This document shows positions 26,332-30,648 of a DNA stretch of 30,648 nucleotides, piece after piece. A program made the translations under genes and the position numbers. The first letter of the stretch is position 1; each line of letters starts with the position of its first letter. The notes below the pieces were generated by a model. That model was not told the origin of the DNA. It saw only the letters and a program-made list of their open reading frames with translations, and ran no database searches. This DNA comes from a bacterium (GTDB lineage Bacteria > Sysuimicrobiota > Sysuimicrobiia > Sysuimicrobiales > Humicultoraceae): positions 1-30,648 of the forward strand of contig JBGQGY010000031.1 of the NCBI GenBank assembly GCA_041497675.1, read 5' to 3'.

Positions 26332-27304
26332 CGTAGATCTCGCGCAGACGGGTCCCGACGCATTCGAGTGAGTGCGCGGCGGCGTAACGCCGGGCTTCGG
26401 CGCCCAGCCGGGCGCGCAGGTCGGGTTCGGTCGCCAGACGCCGGAGGTGCTCGCTGAACTCGTCAGCATCGGCGGCGAGCAGCGCGTTGTAGTCGTCAAC
26501 GAACCGGCCGGCAAAACACTCGGCGTCGCGGAGCACCAGCGGACGGGCGGCCGCCGCGGCTTCCAGCACCGCAATCCCTTCATTCTCGACCATGCTCGGG
26601 AAGAAGAAGATGTCCCCGGCCGCGTAGGCGTCGGTGACGTTTTCGACGTACCCGGGGAACCGTACGTTGTCCGGTGCGTCGTCGATGATCCGAAGCGTTT
26701 CGGGCTTGACGGCCTTTGGCACCAGACCAAACCACACAAACGTCATACCGGGCAGGCGGCGCGCGACCTCGACGAAGAGATCCACGCCCTTGCGCATGAG
26801 CACCAATCCGACGGCAAACGCCACGACACCCTTGAGGAGATGGCGCCCGCGTGCGAGCGTCCTGGCCCGGCGCAAGGACTGGAAGCGCCCCAGGTCAACG
26901 CCGTTGCTCACAATGTCGATCGGCCGGGTGACGCCGTGGCGCTCGAGCACGTGTTTCGTATAGAGCGTCGGTACGAGCACCAGGTCGGCCTTGTTGTAGA
27001 AGTATGTCAGCAGACGACCCAGGTACGGGGCGAGAGAGTCGCTCATCATGAACGAGTTCGCGAAGTCCTCGGCCGTCGTGTGGGCGTGGATGATGACCGG
27101 TAGCCGGCCGCTGTACTTCTCGGCGAGATACAGCGACCGTGGCCCGATCCGGTGGAGATGCAGGATGTCGAACGACTCGGTCGGATCGCCGGTCACCGAC
27201 AAACCGGCCGCCCGGAGCGCCCGCCATTGGTTTTCGTATGATTGCCGGATTCCGCCACGGGTCGTAGTCGGCCCGTGCATTTCAAGATACAGGCAAACCC
27301 TCAC
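26318..27304 (-). CDS. GT4 family glycosyltransferase (possible glycolipid synthase)
   Basis: Minus-strand RBS GGAGG 6 nt before GTG 27304 (MRVCLYLE). HAHTT, VSNGVD, RKGVD and FFFPSMVENEGIAVLEA (E-x7-E) motifs. Overlaps the GT2 3' end by 14 bp. Confidence 0.88.
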   Translation of the reverse strand: MRVCLYLEMHGPTTTRGGIRQSYENQWRALRAAGLSVTGDPTESFDILHLHRIGPRSLYLAEKYSGRLPVIIHAHTTAEDFANSFMMSDSLAPYLGRLLTYFYNKADLVLVPTLYTKHVLERHGVTRPIDIVSNGVDLGRFQSLRRARTLARGRHLLKGVVAFAVGLVLMRKGVDLFVEVARRLPGMTFVWFGLVPKAVKPETLRIIDDAPDNVRFPGYVENVTDAYAAGDIFFFPSMVENEGIAVLEAAAAARPLVLRDAECFAGRFVDDYNALLAADADEFSEHLRRLATEPDLRARLGAEARRYAAAHSLECVGTRLREIYVSLC

Positions 27305-27380
27305 GAGGTTCCTCCGGCCGCTCATCGGGTGTCTTCGCCGTCACCTCCAACGCCCCTGCTGGACAGCGACAGGTTTGCGC

Positions 27381-27410
27381 TGGACGGCTGGCGCCGGCGC
27401 ATGCTACACT
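27381..27410 (+). promoter_or_regulatory. Putative sigma70 promoter of ileS
   Basis: TGGACG, 18 bp spacer, TACACT with extended TGn (27402-27410); about 50 bp upstream of ATG 27462. Confidence 0.55.
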
Positions 27411-27461
27411 AACCCGATTCCGGGGAAGGGTGCCTGTTTTTTCTCCGGAAGGGTGGACGCC

Positions 27462-30400
27462 ATGCACGGATTTCAACCGGTCCCCACACGGGTGGAGTTC
27501 CCCGCCATCGAGCGCCAGATGCTCGAATGGTGGCGGGCCGAGGGGATTGTGCCCCGGTATCTGCAGCGAAACGAGGCCTCGCCGAATCGCTTCGTCTTCA
27601 TGGACGGGCCCATCACCGCGAACAACCCGATGGGGATCCATCATGCGTGGGGCCGCACGTACAAGGACCTGTTCTGTCGGTATAAGACCATGCGCGGCTT
27701 CCGCCAGCGCTACCAGAACGGCTTCGACGGCCAGGGGCTCTGGGTCGAGGTCGACGTCGAGAAGGAGTTGGGCTTCAAGAGCAAGCGCGATATCGAATCG
27801 TACGGGGTCGCGGCGTTCGTGGATCGCTGCAAGGCCCGCGTCGATCGCTTCGCCGACATCATCACGCAACAATCCCAGCGGCTCGGCCACTGGATGGATT
27901 GGGATCACTCGTATCACACGAAATCCGACGAGAACAACTACACGATCTGGCTCTTCCTCAAGCGCTGCTGGGAACGGGGGCTGATCTACAAGGGCCACGA
28001 CTCGATGCCCTGGTGCCCGCGTTGCAGCACCGGGATCTCCGAACACGAGATTGTGACGGAAGGCTATCGCGAGGTCACGCACCCGAGCCTGACGGTGCGA
28101 TTGCCGCTGATCGAGGAGCCCGGGCGCTCGCTGCTGATCTGGACGACGACCCCCTGGACGCTCACCAGCAACGTGGCGGCGGCGGTGCATCCCGGCCTGA
28201 CGTATGCGCGTGTGCAGCAAGGGAGCGAGGAACTCTATCTCTGTGAGAGCACGCTGACCATGCTCAAGGGGCCGTACACGGTTGTCGAGACGCTGCCGGG
28301 CTCGGCCCTGGTGGGGCGGCGCTACCGTGGGCCGTTCGACGAGCTGCCGGCTCAGGCCGACGTCGAGCACCGCGTGATCCCCTGGAAAGACGTCAGCCCG
28401 GAAGAAGGCACCGGCATCGTACACATCGCGCCCGGGGCCGGTTCCGAGGACTTTTCGCTGGGGAAGGAGTTTTCGCTTCCGGTCATCGCACCGTTGGACG
28501 AGTTTGGTGTCTTCGTCGATGGGTTCGGCGCGCTGACCGGCAAGTCGGTCTATGATGTGGCGGCGCCCATCGAGGCCAGCCTGGCGGAGAAGCGGTTGTT
28601 GTACCGGTCCGAGCCCTACACGCACCGGTACCCCGTCTGCTGGCGGTGCGCCAGCGAGCTGGTCTTCCGGGTGGTCGACGAGTGGTTTATCGCCATGGAC
28701 CCCGTGCGCGAGGCCATGACGGACGTCACGCGCACCGTACGGTGGATTCCCGACTTCGGGCTGGAACGCGAGCTCGACTGGTTGCGCAACATGCACGACT
28801 GGATGATCAGCAAGAAGCGCTACTACGGTCTGGCGCTCCCGATCTACGAGTGCCACGAGTGTGGCCGCTTCGAGATTATCGGCTCAAAGGAGGAGTTGCA
28901 GCGCCGCGCCGTCGAGGGGTGGGACGTCTTTGACGGCCACTCGCCGCACCGGCCATGGATCGACGCGGTCAAGATCGAGTGTACGTCTTGCGGCGCCACC
29001 GTCTCGCGGATCACCGACGTGGGGAACCCCTGGCTGGATGCCGGGATCGTCCCGTTCTCAACACAGGTCGACCCCGCCACGGGCCGGGTCTCCTACCTGG
29101 ACGACCGCCGGTACTGGCAGGACTGGTATCCCGCGCACTTCATCACCGAAGCATTCCCCGGACAATACCGCAACTGGTTCTACTCCATGCTGGTGATGAG
29201 CACAGTCTTGGAGAACCGGTCGCCGTTTGAAGTCTGCCTGGGCCACGCGATGGTCCGCGACGAGCAAGGGCGGGAGATGCACAAGTCGTGGGGGAACGCG
29301 ATCGAGTTTGAAGAGGCCGCGGATCGGATCGGCGCCGACGTCGTCCGCTGGCTCTTCGCGGTGCAGAACCCGGCGATGAACGTGAACTTCGGGTACGGTC
29401 CTGCCGACGAAGTGCGCCGCCGATTCTTCATCCCCTGGTGGAACGTCTACGCCTTCTTCGTGACGTATGCAGCGCTCGAGCCCATCGACTCGGGCGCCTT
29501 GCTGGAGCGCCCGCGAGATATCAGCCTGCTCGACCGGTGGATCCTGTCGCGTCTCGCCGGGCTGGTGGAGACGATGGGCGAGCGCCTGGACAACTTCGAC
29601 CCCGCCGGCGCGAGCCGGCCGGTGGAAGCCTTCGTCGATGATCTGTCCACCTGGTACGTACGCCGGAGCCGGCGGCGATTCTGGAAGAGCGAGGACGATG
29701 CGGACAAACGGGCCGCGTACTACACGCTGTACACCGTGCTGAAAGTCCTGGGTCAGGCAGTGGCGCCGTTCGTGCCGTTCATGACCGAGGCGGTCTATCA
29801 GAACCTTGTGCGCGTTATCGAGTCCGACGCACCGGTCAGCGTGCACCTGTGCAGTTTCCCCGAACCACCGGTGGGCTGGCTGGATCGCGATCTCGAAGGA
29901 ACGATGGCGACGGTTCGCACGCTGGTGAGTCTTGGCCGGGCGGCGCGCAACGTGGCGAAGGTGCGGGTCAGACAGCCCCTACCCGCCGTCCTGATTGCGA
30001 CCGCCGATCGCAGCCTCCGCGACCGCCGCGAACTCGTCGACCTGCTCGCGGATGAGCTCAACGTCAAGGCGGTCCGGTTTGTCGACGACGCGTCGGCATT
30101 CGTGCGTTACGAGGTCAAACCGCGGTTCGACAAACTGGGGCCGAAGTACGGCGGCCGGGTCCAGGCCGTCGCCGCGGGTCTGCGCGCGCTGCCGGCCGGC
30201 CAGGTGGCGGCGGCCCAGTCGGCCGGGCAGCCCGTCGCGGTCGCCGTCGGCGGTGAGACGGTGCAGGTCGAGCCCGACGAGGTCGAGCTTCGGCTCCATA
30301 CGGCCACGGGGTACGCGGCCGAGGGGTTGGGCGGGCACGTCGTCATCCTCGAGACGACGCTCGACGAGCCCCTCCTCAGGGAGGGGCGGGCCCGAGAACT

Positions 30401-30632
30401 GGTCCATCATGTCCAGCAACTGCGCAAGGATTCGGGATTAGAGGTCAGCGATCGGATCGTTCTTTACCTCGACGGCGACGACGCCCTGCAGCCGGTCCTG
30501 GAGGCGTACGGAGCGTACCTGATGGCGGAAACGTTGAGCACCGGGATCCGCCGCGGTGCGCCGGGTCGGCAGGGAGCCAAAGACGTGGCCGTGGATGGGA
30601 TGAAGGCCACCGTAGCGCTCGAACGCGCCTGA
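27462..30632 (+). CDS. ileS: Isoleucine--tRNA ligase, type 2 (GXHH variant)
   Basis: ATG 27462 after GGAAGGGTGG. DGPITAN-x-x-x-GIHH, WTTTPWTL, GTGIVHIAPG, DWMISKKRYYG, EMHKS, WYVRRSRRRFW. C-terminal EGRARELVHHVQQLRK...VSDRI and no C-terminal zinc finger, typical of IleRS2. Confidence 0.95.
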   Translation: MHGFQPVPTRVEFPAIERQMLEWWRAEGIVPRYLQRNEASPNRFVFMDGPITANNPMGIHHAWGRTYKDLFCRYKTMRGFRQRYQNGFDGQGLWVEVDVEKELGFKSKRDIESYGVAAFVDRCKARVDRFADIITQQSQRLGHWMDWDHSYHTKSDENNYTIWLFLKRCWERGLIYKGHDSMPWCPRCSTGISEHEIVTEGYREVTHPSLTVRLPLIEEPGRSLLIWTTTPWTLTSNVAAAVHPGLTYARVQQGSEELYLCESTLTMLKGPYTVVETLPGSALVGRRYRGPFDELPAQADVEHRVIPWKDVSPEEGTGIVHIAPGAGSEDFSLGKEFSLPVIAPLDEFGVFVDGFGALTGKSVYDVAAPIEASLAEKRLLYRSEPYTHRYPVCWRCASELVFRVVDEWFIAMDPVREAMTDVTRTVRWIPDFGLERELDWLRNMHDWMISKKRYYGLALPIYECHECGRFEIIGSKEELQRRAVEGWDVFDGHSPHRPWIDAVKIECTSCGATVSRITDVGNPWLDAGIVPFSTQVDPATGRVSYLDDRRYWQDWYPAHFITEAFPGQYRNWFYSMLVMSTVLENRSPFEVCLGHAMVRDEQGREMHKSWGNAIEFEEAADRIGADVVRWLFAVQNPAMNVNFGYGPADEVRRRFFIPWWNVYAFFVTYAALEPIDSGALLERPRDISLLDRWILSRLAGLVETMGERLDNFDPAGASRPVEAFVDDLSTWYVRRSRRRFWKSEDDADKRAAYYTLYTVLKVLGQAVAPFVPFMTEAVYQNLVRVIESDAPVSVHLCSFPEPPVGWLDRDLEGTMATVRTLVSLGRAARNVAKVRVRQPLPAVLIATADRSLRDRRELVDLLADELNVKAVRFVDDASAFVRYEVKPRFDKLGPKYGGRVQAVAAGLRALPAGQVAAAQSAGQPVAVAVGGETVQVEPDEVELRLHTATGYAAEGLGGHVVILETTLDEPLLREGRARELVHHVQQLRKDSGLEVSDRIVLYLDGDDALQPVLEAYGAYLMAETLSTGIRRGAPGRQGAKDVAVDGMKATVALERA

Positions 30633-30648
30633 TGGCCACTTGCAATAG

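Noticed and set aside
27048..27461. Apparent 138-aa N-terminal extension of IleRS in the ORF track
   Set aside because: Overlaps the minus-strand GT4 gene and the promoter region; RBS and family N-terminus point to ATG 27462.
33..30645. Many long antisense or alternate-frame ORFs (e.g. 10609-12033, 18285-19733, 27282-28856 on the minus strand; 4690-6048 on plus)
   Set aside because: Shadow ORFs expected in high-GC DNA: Arg/Pro/Ala-rich, no family motifs, and fully overlapping well-supported genes.
30632..30648. ATG overlapping the ileS stop (TGATG), possibly the next gene
   Set aside because: Only five codons are visible before the window ends; cannot be supported.
1..30648. CRISPR arrays, tRNA/rRNA genes, IS elements, T-box
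   Set aside because: All intergenic gaps are under about 160 bp, and none shows spaced repeats, cloverleaf or T-box motifs, terminal inverted repeats or transposase/integrase genes.

Overview
GC-rich bacterial chromosomal window (hand-counted 60-mers about 53-73% GC). Almost all real genes are on the + strand. It carries a division/cell-wall (dcw) cluster: murE (5'-truncated), murF, mraY, murD-like, ftsW, murG, murC, murB, ftsQ, ftsA, ftsZ. About 9 kb then separate ftsZ from its usual downstream partners: an M50 site-2 protease, an orphan NatB-like permease, nrdR with class II ribonucleotide reductase nrdJ, a secreted two-repeat protein, and phnD-phnC-phnE. After these come pgeF-yggS-sepF-mtnA, a convergent GT2/GT4 glycosyltransferase pair and a type-2 ileS. 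Gene order and protein style suggest a Terrabacteria-type organism, perhaps Armatimonadota-related (a guess). No RNA genes, CRISPR arrays or mobile elements were seen. Best leads: (1) tandem NrdR-box-like sites 32 bp apart, just downstream of a SigH-like promoter in front of ftsA-ftsZ, with the same layout as the operator before nrdR-nrdJ, suggesting dNTP-sensing control of division genes; (2) motif changes in MurD, MurC and MurF hinting at non-canonical stem-peptide synthesis; (3) an IleRS2 with the GIHH signature linked to mupirocin hyper-resistance; (4) a PhnE with an inserted Ig-like domain, translationally coupled to pgeF, with mtnA nearby. All calls are from by-eye motif recognition; no searches were run.
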